Assembly (NCBI GenBank): GCA_025201805.1
Contig: MU619306.1
Span: 16,772-78,255, forward strand
DNA: 61,484 bases
Direction: 5' to 3'
Origin: Parasitella parasitica NRRL 2501
Lineage: Eukaryota; Fungi; Mucoromycota
Made by a program: the position numbers and the translations under genes. Shown here in pieces: positions 28,118-40,733 of the stretch. The notes under the pieces were generated by a model. That model worked only from the letters and a program-made list of their open reading frames with translations, made no database searches and was not told the DNA's origin. The first letter of the stretch is position 1; the number at the start of each line of letters is the position of its first letter.

Positions 28118-28680
28118 TGTGCATACGCTTGATTGCTAGTATCAGTTTGGAACCACAAGTCTTTTCAAAAAAATTTGGGTCACCTTTTAAAAAGTGCCAT
28201 GAATATTACATAATAATCCGGGGCTACCCCGGAGTCCGGTTACCGAGAGCTCTATACACTATATAATGAAACCACAATCAGAAAGACACAACAGAGTAAC
28301 TATATCTCAAAAAGACCAAAAAGAAAGAATTACAAGGTTATGTTGTAGGTTTCAAGGATAAAAATTTCAGACGCAATCATTTGATCATTCTTATACAGTG
28401 CAACCTGTAAATTCTGCCCATTTTGAAAAAACAAATGGCGTTTATTGGAATGGTGTTTCCTCAAAATTAAATGTCATATTCAAAAGCACATATTGTCGTT
28501 ACTAGAACCTACAATGCATCCTCCATAAATAATTTTTGTCTTGTTTTTTTTTTCTACACATTTGTTTCTTTTTTAAACTAATATAAAAAAAAATGTTTTA
28601 TAAAGCTCACTAGCTATTAACAATTGAGTAAATTCCTCGCTTCAGCTCCTTTGCTACTTGTATATAATGGGCAATCGATA

Positions 28681-30126
28681 TTATAATCGGCTACCATCGC
28701 CATCAGAGGCTAATTGTTGCTGTGTTTCAGCTTGCTTCTTTTGTCTCTTCTGCTCAAGTTCAGACAAGCGTACAATACCTTCTTGGGCAGTTGTCGCAAC
28801 CAAGACACCATCCTGGCTATAGATTCTACCAAATGCTACACCACGTCCATTATTAGTGCGAGGACTATGAATATCATATAAAAGCCATTCATCAGCTCTT
28901 GCCTGAGCATGAAACCAAACAGAGTGATCCAAAGAAGTCATCATCCCAATACTTTCTGAATTGTAAGTAAATCCATTAGCTGTAGCTGCTGTGTTGATGA
29001 ATCCACTGTCTGAAGCATAAGCAATGATACAAGCATGGAGTTTCATATCGTCATTCAGTGCTCCTCTTGTTTTAAACCATCTTTGCTATAGCAAAAATAT
29101 TTAAAAATGATGTTCCTTGACTTTTTCGGTTAATAATAATACACTTACACCGTATGGTGTGGGTTTGACGTTGCCTGTGATGATTTCCTCAGGTGAATAT
29201 TGAATAACTGCACGATAATCAATTGGCTGATCCTGTATATTGTTTACATCTTATATTAGAAACTAGATGGGTACATGCCACGCCACATACGAAACCTTAC
29301 ATCTTCTAATCTCCTTTGTGCTCTTTGTCTAAATTTCTCTGGGAAATCGTTTTCAGTGTTGGCTAATGTATGCTGAAGTAATTCAATATCACTGTAAAAC
29401 ATTTAGAATTTAGTCTTATAATAATGCAGTCTAGACTTACGAAGGTAAATTGTCAGCATCAATGACATCTGGCATATCAGTCTAGTTTGTTAAAATAACA
29501 TAATCGGTTAAAAACATGTAGAAAAACATGTTCTTCCAAGCTTTATATACATACTTGATGATTTAATGATATTCCTTCCTCTGGCTTTGCAAAGCTACAA
29601 CTGCACACAAAGATGGCTTTTCCTTTCTGTGTTGCTGTTACGATGCGGGTTGCAAATGATCTGCCATCTCGAATACGCTGTACGTTATAAATGACAGGGA
29701 TATCGACATTACATGCTAGGATAAAATATGAATGAAGGGACTATTGTGTATTTGAGCATACGGTATACACAGAATTTAATGAGCTATTTTTTTTTTCTTA
29801 CATGAACAAAAAAGTCTTTTTGTAAAGTTTCCCAAGCAGATTTTAAAGCTTGAGCAACAATCTATTTTGTAATGTTTTTTATAAGTACAGTACTAGTGAT
29901 TTTAATGAGCTTTTGGTATTGTCTATACCTGTCCACCAAAAGCACCCCTTGAACCAAATGGCAACCATAGCTCTTTGCTCATGTATAAATTTGTGTCAAT
30001 CAATTGAACATCAATGGCGTCTTTCATCTTCAAAGCAAAATCGACATCCTCGTCTGTCTTTTCTTTGACACCTTCATCTTTATTATTTCTGAAGGTTATT
30101 TTATTAGGGTATGTAAAAATAGGCAT
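28681..30126 (-). CDS. TES1: Acyl-CoA thioesterase II (peroxisomal), multi-exon
   Basis: GAFGGQ, SLHSYFIL, RDGRSFATR, AYASD, SLDHSVWFH, GRIYSQDGVLVATTAQEG; C-terminal SRL PTS1 signal. Confidence 0.92.
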
Positions 30127-31200
30127 TTTTGATTGACAAAAAGATAATTTAGCTTCTTTTCATTATTACAACAAATTTATATTTTTTTAAAAAAAGTCTT
30201 AAAATTCCCAGGGAACAATTCCATTTGATAATTTTTTATCCAGGATGGCTATAAGCTTATATGCTGATCAAGGTACCATATCAAGGAAATATGAGACGCT
30301 TTAGAAATCCATGAAAAGTCAACCACATCAAAATTAAGGGGCAATTTACTGTCAAGTTAATAGTTGGAAATCCCAGATACATATCTCCATGGCAACGAAA
30401 ATGTTTGCTTTTACCATAGCAACTTGATGTTCAAGTTTATGTACCCACATCAAATTTTCATAAAAGGCTATATATTTTTCCAAAAGAAGAGTATTTTAAA
30501 TCTGTTTGATGTTTATTGATCAGTATTTCCAAAAAATGCCAATGCAACATTGATTATAAATGATTGTGGGGGGGATTTTTTAAACCAAAACAGTATCGTC
30601 TCGCATAATTATTACTTAAAATGGCATATATATGTCAAAATTAGAGCAATTCAATTGTGAGGCCAAATTCGAAAGAAGCAAATTCTATCAAATTTGCAAA
30701 AAGCAAGTCCATTGGTAAATATAGAGTGTGATATTGCATCATTACTGCATACTTGAATGCCTCTATAAATGGGGCGCACAAAATTTATTTTACCATGCAT
30801 TCAGTTAATCTATTTTCGAGCAGAGCAATCTGAGAGGTATCTGACACGTAATTTACAATTGTACAATTGATAAATAGCATTTATATTCTTTGATATCCAG
30901 TATAAGGATATTATTGGAAATAGTGCTTTATAAAAGCTACGAAATGTTTTTGCTCTCAAGAAATGAAGTCTCATTGGAAATTAGTAATGATATTTTCATT
31001 GAATTTTATTCGGCACAACTGTTCTGTATTGTCTCCCCAAAAAGTCCTTTCCGACTGTCGTCATCGGATTCATATAATCTACTAACCCATTATTAATAGG
31101 GCGGGACAAAACCTTATATAAAAAGCATTAGACTTTATCCTAATAACTTGCTTTCTTCTTCTTTTCAAAACCTTTAAACTAAAGCTTTTTTATATTTAAA

Positions 31201-32308
31201 ATGTCTGTTCTCGAACAACTCAAGAATTTCACCACCATTGTTGCTGATTCCGGTGATTTCGAATGTAAGTACCTGCAAATGTTGTCGAATCCTTATGCAA
31301 ATGGTTGAACGCGTTTCAATGTTATAGCCATCGCTCAATACAAGCCCCAAGATGCTACTACCAACCCCTCTTTGATCTTGGCTGCTGCTCAAAAGCCTCA
31401 ATATGCTCATCTCATTGATGATGCTATCAAGTACGCTAAATCCAAGAATCTGTAAGTAATGAAATGAATCAATTGAGAAAGTAAAAGGGGACAGCCATAA
31501 GCTAATACGGCAGCACGGTTTATTTAGTTCGGCTGAAGAAACCCTTGACTTGGCTACTGATAAGCTTTTGGTAAATTTTGGCTCCGAGATATTAAAGATT
31601 GTTCCCGGTCGTGTCTCTACTGAAGTTGATGCTCGTCTCTCCTTCAACACTGAGGCTACAATTGCCAAGGCCCTTGCCCTTATCAAGTTGTATAAAGAGA
31701 ATGGTATTGATAAGGACCGTGTTTTGATCAAAATTGCTTCCACTTACGAGGGAATCCAAGCTGCTCATGTTCTTGAAACAAAGCACAATATTCACTGTAA
31801 CTTGACATTGTTGTTTGGCTTTGCTCAAGCTGTTGCTTGTGCCGAGGCTGGCGTCACTCTTATTTCTCCCTTCGTCGGTCGTATTCTTGATTGGTACAAG
31901 AAGAGCACTGGCGAGGAATACACTGCTACTACTGATCCTGGTGTCAAATCCGTCAGCAAGATCTACAATTACTACAAGAAGCACGGTTACAATACTATTG
32001 TTATGGGTGCTTCTTTCCGTAACACAGGTGAGATCGAGGAGCTGGCTGGTTGTGATTTCTTGACCATCTCTCCTGCTCTTTTGGGCGAATTGCAAAAAGA
32101 CAATAAGGCTCTGGAGCGCAAATTGAGTCCCGAGTCTGCCGAACTTCAAAATTTGGAGAAGGTAGCCTACTTTAAGGATGAGAGTGCTTTCCGTTGGGAG
32201 ATGAACCAAGATGCCATGGCTACTGAAAAGTTGTCTGAGGGTATCCGTAACTTCGCCAAGGATGGCGTCAAGCTCGAAAACATGTTGAAGGAGAAGCTTG
32301 CTTTGTAG
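31201..32308 (+). CDS. TAL1: Transaldolase, 3 exons
   Basis: [64 protein letters not shown]. Confidence 0.97.
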
Positions 32309-33499
32309 ATTATATCCCCTTTTTTCAGACAGAACATAATAAAACATTTCTTTTTGTTTCAATATCTGATGCTACACTAGATGTGGACATTTATACCACA
32401 TCTCTTTTTTCCACCTGTGATATTATTACACAATTGAATTTTCTTTTTATATTTCCCGATAGGTTTCGTATCAAAGGACTGTTTGTATAATGAAATCTGT
32501 TGCTAATCAGGAATACTATAAACATTCAACACCTTTAAGTTAATCGTCTTAAAAAATGGTGTTCATTTGAGCAAATAAACCATATAAAAAGTTTTCATAA
32601 TGGTGTATAAAATCACTTCACTCGGGATTTGGGTAAGATTATGTAAACATTTTGTAAGACGTGAGGTTGAACTGTTTTTTGTCAACGCCTCATCTATTGA
32701 ATCCGGTTTTCCCACATTTTTCTATATGTCATTGCTGACAATTTGCCATATATTTTCAAAACCTGTAATTCGTGTGCCTGTGAATAATACGGCAATATTA
32801 TTACTTCTTCAAGAATAAATAACTAAATTTAGCATTTGAAAAAGCCTATAATCAATCGTCGAAAACATATATTACATGTCACTCAAATCTTTATTATTAT
32901 CTAAAATGATCTATGGTTATACAACACGCATAAATTTATCCAACTACAATTCTAAGCACAACTGCACGGAAAAACACTGTACAATACCGCTTCGTGGTTT
33001 CCAGCAAGCACTGTTACAGACTTGCTTTATCTTCTAAGTGTTTCTTTTCACAAGAAATAAATAATTTATTTCCTTCAATTGAAAACCTTCCAAATTCAGA
33101 AGGTAATAACTGAATATTTCCCTGCATTTGAGACAGTAAAATTAAATCCTGACTTGCCACGAAATCTCGTTATTGTTAGAGCCCTGAAGTTAGAAATCAT
33201 GTATAAACCTTCACATTTTCGATTTATTCTATTAAAAAACAACACATATCAACCACTATTTTGCTTGTTAATAATGTATCATCTATGTCATTCGCTTTTA
33301 ATGGTCGCAAAAGACGCCTTATTGCTATTAATGATGAAATAGAACAAATGTCAGATCAGTCGTGAGTGTTGCGGACAAATCAGCACTTGAACAGTCAATT
33401 TACTTTCATGATGCATGCACTCAACAACAATCATAACCAAGAAGTTATGTATAACTCTCACCACAGTTCCCTGTTAAATGCAATGTCTTTTTAGATACA

Positions 33500-34053
33500 T
33501 CAGCAAAATCGACGACTAAAGACAAGACAGCAACGAGACATAATCCAAACATTGAAAACAAGCCAGCGATTCCTGAAATCGCAGCTACAGCTTGCTTTGG
33601 CAGGCTAGGGATACGGTAGATTAATAAATTGAGAATTTGGACCAACAAAGATAAAAGCTGGTTGCAAATACGACATCACATCCAAAACTAGCGTCTTCTT
33701 TTCTTAGCTTTATTGTATGCCTGCCGCCAAACATGAAGTTCAAAAAAAGACAGTTAGAATGTTATGTTGCAGGCTCAATTATCATCAATCCTCCAGCTTC
33801 TTTTCTAAAGACATCCAAAGAGAAAGCAGATTACTGGAGTGCCAATGATTTCAAGACAATGAGCCGCGATCAAGTCTCAGCATTTGCAATTAGGCTTGCT
33901 GGCCTTGGTTGCCTTTTGTTTGGAGTAACTTTCCCCTGCTTCGCCCCAAACCCCACCACTGCCAAGCGCACACAATTCAACAATTTAGCCCTATCTTTTT
34001 TGTACAAAAAACAGATCCTGGGCTCGCCTTTCTATGGAGGCAATACTCTTTGA
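33500..34053 (+). pseudogene. Degenerate, internally deleted relic ending in a possible Fanzor/TnpB RuvC-III (RD) segment
   Basis: Stop-interrupted frame PEIAATACFGRLGIR*INKLRIW...QLSSILQLLF*RHPKR joined to SRDQVSAFAIRLAGLGCLLFGVTFPCF, which resembles an RD-motif C-terminus; family assignment from memory only. Confidence 0.4.
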
Positions 34054-34279
34054 AGATAAGTAAACAAATATAAAAAGTGCGCTGCATCTTTGACTTTGAC
34101 CTTTTAATACTATTGGGTAAATGACATTACGATTTATAAGTTGTTTATAAAAAGTAACCAAAATCATCTGAATTTAGCTTGCTATTCCGTTACAGTATGC
34201 ATATTCATTTATGACTTTAGTGAATACCGTACATACAAGTTATTGCGTTATTGACGTCAACTATATACCGGTATCAACC

Positions 34280-34389
34280 GACCAATCAAATAAAAAAGCA
34301 TTTGTAAGCTGACTAATCAGATCTAAGCCGACCAATCATGAAGCATTTTAAAACGACCAATCAAAAGACTCTTTAAAACTGTCCAATCA
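34280..34389 (+). repeat. Array of five GACCAATCA-like motifs
   Basis: GACCAATCA at 34280, 34330, 34355; GACTAATCA at 34311; GTCCAATCA at 34381. Confidence 0.8.
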
Positions 34390-34985
34390 TATTGCCCTAA
34401 ATGATTTCAGTTTAGAATTTACTTCAAAAAGACGCATTGGATTTTGCAAAAGTATTATTCATCAGCCAAATAAAATTTGAAAGATCAGTTAATAAATATT
34501 ATATAAGAAACATCGCTTGAACTTTTTTTTTTGAAGAGAAAATGGGCATAGAAACAAAACGATCCTTTGATCCAATAATGAATTGCTGCAACCCTAAGCC
34601 GTAAATTTCTTTTTGAAACACCAGTAGTCACGAAATAATGAAAAGGTATAAATACATGGTACAAAACGCTGAAAGAATTTTTTTCTTTAACAACGCAAAA
34701 ATTAACAATTGTAATAAAAAGCATTCGTGTGAGATGGTTACCTCGGTAATTATCTATGAAGCATCGAAATCGTCAAGCAATTGAATATTACCTATAACAC
34801 ACGAGATGGGTGCACAGAATGGTTAGGATTGATCTTCGTATTAACCCATGGTATTATGTGCAATTTTGTGGGTTTCATTTATAATTGAATACCTTATTCA
34901 ACAATTTAACAAAGTAAAAGAAAAAATCTTGTCCTTAAGCTTTAATGTTTCTTAATTTTGCAGAGCATATTCGTTTTAGTTTTAT

Positions 34986-35514
34986 TCACTTTAATAAAAA
35001 ATTAGCCTCTTCATCTTCCATGACATTTGTTTCTTTGGCCACTTTCGGCTTTATTGACACTGTGTCCATTTTAATAATGTTTTCTGTTGAGCATACATAA
35101 TTTAGAGAGAATTTTTGTTGTTTGGGGGCATCATCTTCAGTTCGCATTGATGTCAGCAATGGTAATAAACCTTTTGTATCATGCACTTTTTCTTTGATTT
35201 CAAACAATAGATGTGTACCAATGGTTTCATCCACCTTTCCTTCAAATGTCAACCCACCAAGTTGTAATAGAGGCGTGCCTTCCTCTAAACCCTGTATTTT
35301 GATAAAATTAGTGATCATGCAATGTAGTTGAAGCTGCGTAACGTACAATAATGCGACATCCATTCGCTTTTTGTTCAACAAAAGCACTTGATATGTTTGT
35401 ACCCATATCAAATGTGACATAGCTTGTCTAGATTTCATGCTAAGAATACGATAGAAAAAAAGGGAGATATAGTGTCAATACCTCTTCTTCATATTCATAT
35501 TCGGTGTCGCTCAT
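34986..35514 (-). CDS. TFIIIC subunit 6-like protein (TFIIIC_sub6 domain)
   Basis: Acidic N-terminus MSDTEYEYEEE, then IQGLEEGTPLLQLGGLTFEGKVDETIGTHLLF; introns present. Confidence 0.75.
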
Positions 35515-35950
35515 TTTGTGTATCAAAAACCCAATGTTAGAAATGGTTTGAATAAAAAATTACTTGAGAGATGAAAAAATTTAACGTTCTGGCAATCATC
35601 GGACCCAGTCACTGGAACTGCTGCCCCTTAAACTGAGGAAACGTTGTAATGATGCTGTGAGGTAATGAATCAAAGAAAGGATGCGGTATAATCGACCTTG
35701 ATTAATATAGTTGCGTGCCAAAGAACTAACTTTCCATATACATACGACTCTTTTTTAATGCCAATATCGATCCTAGCAAGCATTTACATATTCAATCAAT
35801 TTGCTTTCCGCATGATAAATGAAATGGATATAAAAAACATGTCCAGCTCACACGCTTTATCTTGATCATTTCTTTTTTTCCCCTTAATTTTTTTATTTTT
35901 TTGATTCCACAATTAGACAAGCAAGCAGCTTCAAGTCTATTTAAATCCAT

Positions 35951-38106
35951 ATGGCTAAAGGCAGAAACCGTATTTACTTTGCTATAGCTTCCCTCATTTC
36001 ATCTATTCCCGCAATCGTTGCGATATATGCTCTCAAAGAAAATCTAATAATCGTTAGTTCGTTACTTTTTGCTCTCTCCATCATCAGTTTAAGTTGTTCA
36101 ACATTTTTATTTCTCGGCTACAAAACAGTAAAACACGGAACACCAATGCTACTTAACATTTTAGCAAGCATTAGCAAATCCTTGGCCCCATTTGCTCGAT
36201 ACCTGGCCAAAACAGCCATTATTGGACCATTATTTGCTTTTGTAATACGATGCTTTTTTTTCCTGGGCTTCATTGTGTTGTTGATGGGCGATCAACTCAT
36301 ACGAGCAGTATTTAGATTGTTTATTGGCAGACATCCCTCCAAGAGGAATTACTGTAGGTACCCTTCCTTTAGATCAATTATATCCATTCGAAAACAAAAC
36401 TAAGTCTTTATACAAAGCTATCACAAGTGCCATGGATCCTCGAATAGAAATGTTTGATGATACAATCCCGAGAACGAAGCATTTGGAAAATAGTGAGCTT
36501 TTTAAGCAGAGAAAGCAACTGCGCATGACAGAGGCCACTGGCCCTGAATCACGTGAGCTCACCACACTTTTGAAAAGACCTAAGTACTCTGTGCCTCTCG
36601 CTTATACACTCTCGGTGGCAAGTAAATTAGTCTACGAAGATGTCGATATAATCAAGTATGAACTGAAAAAGGCAGGATTCGATGTTGAGCATACATTCAA
36701 ACCCATTGCTTATAAGGTTTGTTAATTGCGTTACACTGATCGATTAATTAGACATTTAATGTGTTTATGTAGAACATTTGTGCTTTCATAGCTGAAAAAG
36801 ACAATGACGTTCTATTGGTATTTAGAGGGTAAATATAACGTCCATACATATAAATATATGTCAATACTATAATAGATATTCGCTAATGTACTATGCATGT
36901 AGAACCAATCCATTAAACATTCAAAATTACCTTACCAACATTTCGGTTACCATGACAGAGGTAAAATCGCCGTGGGGCCCTATGGGAAAAGTGCATAAAG
37001 GGTACTGGAAAGCAATGGGTGAGCCTTTAAAGCGAAAGGAAGATCATGAGACTGCAAAACCATCTAAAACACCGGACAGCCCAGTTTTGCACATTGAACT
37101 TACAAATACATCTGTTTACCGAACGATTGTTTCGGCAATTCAGGGCACAGCTAAAATCATCAAATTTTTGACTACCAACCTATTCCGCCATGTAAAAGAG
37201 CCCATTGACAATAGCTGGGTCGGCCCTGATATCGACATTCGTACAAACAGCATGTATACTCTGGCTGAAAAACACATTTTGGAATTGATTCAGCAACATT
37301 TGCAAGTTGATAAGCAACCTAGAAGACGATCCGATATACCACATGGGGGTACAAGCACAACAAAAAAGCGTAAAAGATTATTTATAACAGGGCACTCGCT
37401 CGGAGGAGCCATGGGAACCAGTAAGTGTGCTGATGTATACGGCTCATTTGGTTTGCTAAGAGTATCGCTTTTAGTCTTTTTAGCAAAGATGTTACAATCA
37501 AAGAGTCCATTACTTGATCATTTTGCAGGTTTATACACTTACGGACAACCCAAAATTAGTGATGCCGAGTTTTCCAAAGTCTTTAGTCCACGCATGACAA
37601 GTATGATCTTCCATCATGTTTATAATAACGATATTGTACCTCGCTCACCTAGTTTTTGGCATTACGAGTAAATATATACCTCAAGTTCGATACATCCCGG
37701 AGTCTAATCTGTTTTTTATACATATCTGTACAGTACTCCACCAGGTTCATTGGTTTATATTGATTCTGCATTTAAAATCACCATTTATCCACCAAATCCT
37801 TATACAAATGAGCCAGTGCCTGTACGTCCAATCTCATTTTTACACTTGTCTGGTCTGCTGAATCGATATGTAATTCGACGCTTATCCAGTGAAAACCAAA
37901 TCCGAATTTTGTTTCGAATTTTGTTTCCCTTCTTTATGAACGACCATTTCATTAATGATTATTGTCAAAGTCTAAAACAAGGCACTGTGCGATGGGTTAT
38001 TATGGGTGCGGGAGGATTGGAAGGTGGTGATGAAGAACAACACAAGACTTTGCATAAACAAGGCAGCTTCCAGCGAAGACTCAGTATTGTAGACGTTCAT
38101 GATTGA
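35951..38106 (+). CDS. Class 3 lipase with N-terminal membrane segments
   Basis: LVFRGT, VHKGY, ITGHSLGGA nucleophile elbow, YTYGQPK, NNDIVPR, NDH; several introns. Confidence 0.9.
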
Positions 38107-38245
38107 TCGAAATAGACCCTTTATATACTATATAAAAATCAAATACCCCCACACATGTCATCCATAAAGTGCCAGTATATACATATATATCTATCTTTTA
38201 TTACTATTTGCCGTCTATGTTGAATGGTCATATGCATGTATTAAT

Positions 38246-39380
38246 TTAGAAGTATCTACTCAGGATATATTTTGCGATGTTGAAGCCAAATAGGGACGCC
38301 ACAAATAATGCGATCCACAAAGCAATAGGATACAAGAATATCTCGGTGTGAACCAAGAAGGGTAACACTATTATGGGCACGTTTAGACAATACTGTTTTC
38401 TAACTCTACAAATCTCTTACCATTAAATCCTAAAAAGACACCCACCATATACCAAATTAATGCGACGCAGTACATGAAATTTCCAATGAACATCGAAATC
38501 CAATTATCCTTCAATACAAGTGGTAAAAAGAACAATTGAACAACATATAGAATGACATAGAGTGGAATAAACGCATTGCTGTGAACATCAAATGCATAAG
38601 CCCACTCAACTTTCTGCGCAACAGCGTACGTATTGATATTTTGAAGTAAAAACTTGTTGGTAATGTACCTGATTCATGACTAATATGAGTACTGATACAG
38701 ATAACGAAATCCACTCTCTTTCTCTTTTTTTTTTACCATGTAAGTGTTGATATAATCGCACCAAAGAGTAAAAAGTCAATAAATACCATCAAAAAGATGA
38801 TTCTAATAACACCGTATATGTCAAGATGATATGCCAATCCCCAAACAATAGCTGATACTAGATGAATTTTAAGTAGGTTAGGGGCAAATACGTATGCATA
38901 ACGATCTAGAACTCGTCATTACAGCTTAAAAATGTCGTTAAAAGCACTATAAATGCAGGATCATCTCTTGACCATCGATTTTTAGTTTCTATTTGGGAGA
39001 GAATTCATTAATTCTTTAAAACAACAAAACTGAATGATTCAAAGCTGCATTACGTTTATGGTAATATATATTTCGATAGCTATAAAGAAAGACGTTAGAT
39101 CCATGAAGTACCCCAAATAAATAAAATATTACACTCTTCTTGGGGCAATTAACAGATAACACATTTGCCACAAGGCAAACTTGATTGATAAAGCATTAGA
39201 ATAATGCCTGTTGATACACGCTTTCAAACTTACTTGAAAGTCCATTTGTGGAAAATGGAACAGTCGACGCAGAAGAGTGGGCGAACTCTTTCTTCGTCTA
39301 CTGCTCTGACTAGTATAAAATGGTGATGATGACGATGTTGAGCCGAAGCTGTCATTTGTAGTTGGTAATATAGAACTCAT
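38246..39380 (-). CDS. UNC50: UNC-50/Gmh1 family Golgi membrane protein
   Basis: QMDFQ/FALWQMCYLLIAPRRV/YRNIYYHK/TKNRWSRDDPAF, WAYAFDVHSNAF; hydrophobic exons; stop at 38246-38248. Confidence 0.9.
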
Positions 39381-39517
39381 ACTTTAATTGTAAAACGGCC
39401 AACAAAAAAACTGCCAAAATCACATCAAAAGCAACAGGATACAACCAGACTGCTTTTCGGCTTTGAATCAGACTGGTGCCTTGGTCTTTGCATGCATAGC
39501 AATGCCTCACAATGTAT

Positions 39518-40054
39518 TTATTTATAATTAACACCATCATTAACAGGGTTAAAAGAATAGGCTTTGACAATTTGCTGCTGTCTGTGATATTCTAATTGAT
39601 GCATACATGCTTCAATACCGAATTGAACATGATGAAAGTAGTATGGTATGATCGGCATTACTGAAGGAGCAGCAGCATTAGCACTAGTTTCATGCTTAAC
39701 GATGGCAAGAGTATCATAAGCTTTGAACGTTGGACCAGGAATAGCATATTGAACAAGAGGCTCAATAGATTGGTAAAAGGGATCGAACCTATTAGCAACA
39801 ATACTGGGTTTGTACAATAGCAAGCTGGAAATAGGAGGAAGACACTGATCATTGCTTAATACCAATGAAGATGAGGTTTCTGAATTGATTGTAGAAAATA
39901 CAGATACATCAGAGGGTATCTCGACATTCAATTCTTCTTTTACAGAGACTCTAGGCTTCTTGACCTTCTTTTTGGTAGTAATATTAGCATCAGACGCACT
40001 GCTCTTGAAGCTGCTGCTCTTTCTCTTCTTACTATTAGTAGGATGATTGATCAT
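39518..40054 (-). CDS. Hypothetical protein (basic NLS-like N-terminus)
   Basis: 178-aa ATG-initiated ORF; no recognised domain. Confidence 0.5.
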   Translation of the reverse strand: MINHPTNSKKRKSSSFKSSASDANITTKKKVKKPRVSVKEELNVEIPSDVSVFSTINSETSSSLVLSNDQCLPPISSLLLYKPSIVANRFDPFYQSIEPLVQYAIPGPTFKAYDTLAIVKHETSANAAAPSVMPIIPYYFHHVQFGIEACMHQLEYHRQQQIVKAYSFNPVNDGVNYK

Positions 40055-40733
40055 ATTAAATGAAGGGAAATATACAAAAGGAAAACAAAGGAAAACAAAG
40101 ATAAGGTCTTAAGGCATTGCATTTTTATACTGACATCCTCAATTATCACAGCATAATAAGCATTGGATGAACGGACTGGGATTTTTTTTTGCAAAAACGC
40201 GTTTGAATTACATTGTATACCATAAAGATTGGCCGAATGCTTTGCTATCCATTTAACGTGAATGTTATTATTTGATACCATTGGTTCCTGTGTTGACAAG
40301 TCATTGCGTATTTTGTCCAGTTCCTGTCTAATAAAAATGCGGAAAACCTTTGCTACGAGCTCCTCTCACATGATCCCTCATCTACGCTTTTGTTAGAGAG
40401 TATATGAAATCACAAAAATCCGAAAGCTTCTCACCTCTTGACTATGATCACTTTGTATGGTGGTGCGAAAAGTAAAGCAATTTTGACCAAATTGTCGTCA
40501 AATGTATTTATAAACATAAAGGAGGATTTAACCTGATATTATATGGCTCTTTGTTGCAGATCAATATATTAAAATAGCTATTATTAAAATTCATTATAAA
40601 AGCATAAACCAACAACAATAACGCCATGCATGATAGTAATTTTACAGTATTTTGTTTTATTTACAGAGAATTATACAAATATATTTATAATATTTAATTA
40701 ATGTAAAACAATGAAGACAAACACGCATTTTCT

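Noticed and set aside
31174-32362. 189-aa and 256-aa antisense ORFs over transaldolase
   Set aside because: Shadow ORFs expected from strong codon bias; no recognisable motifs
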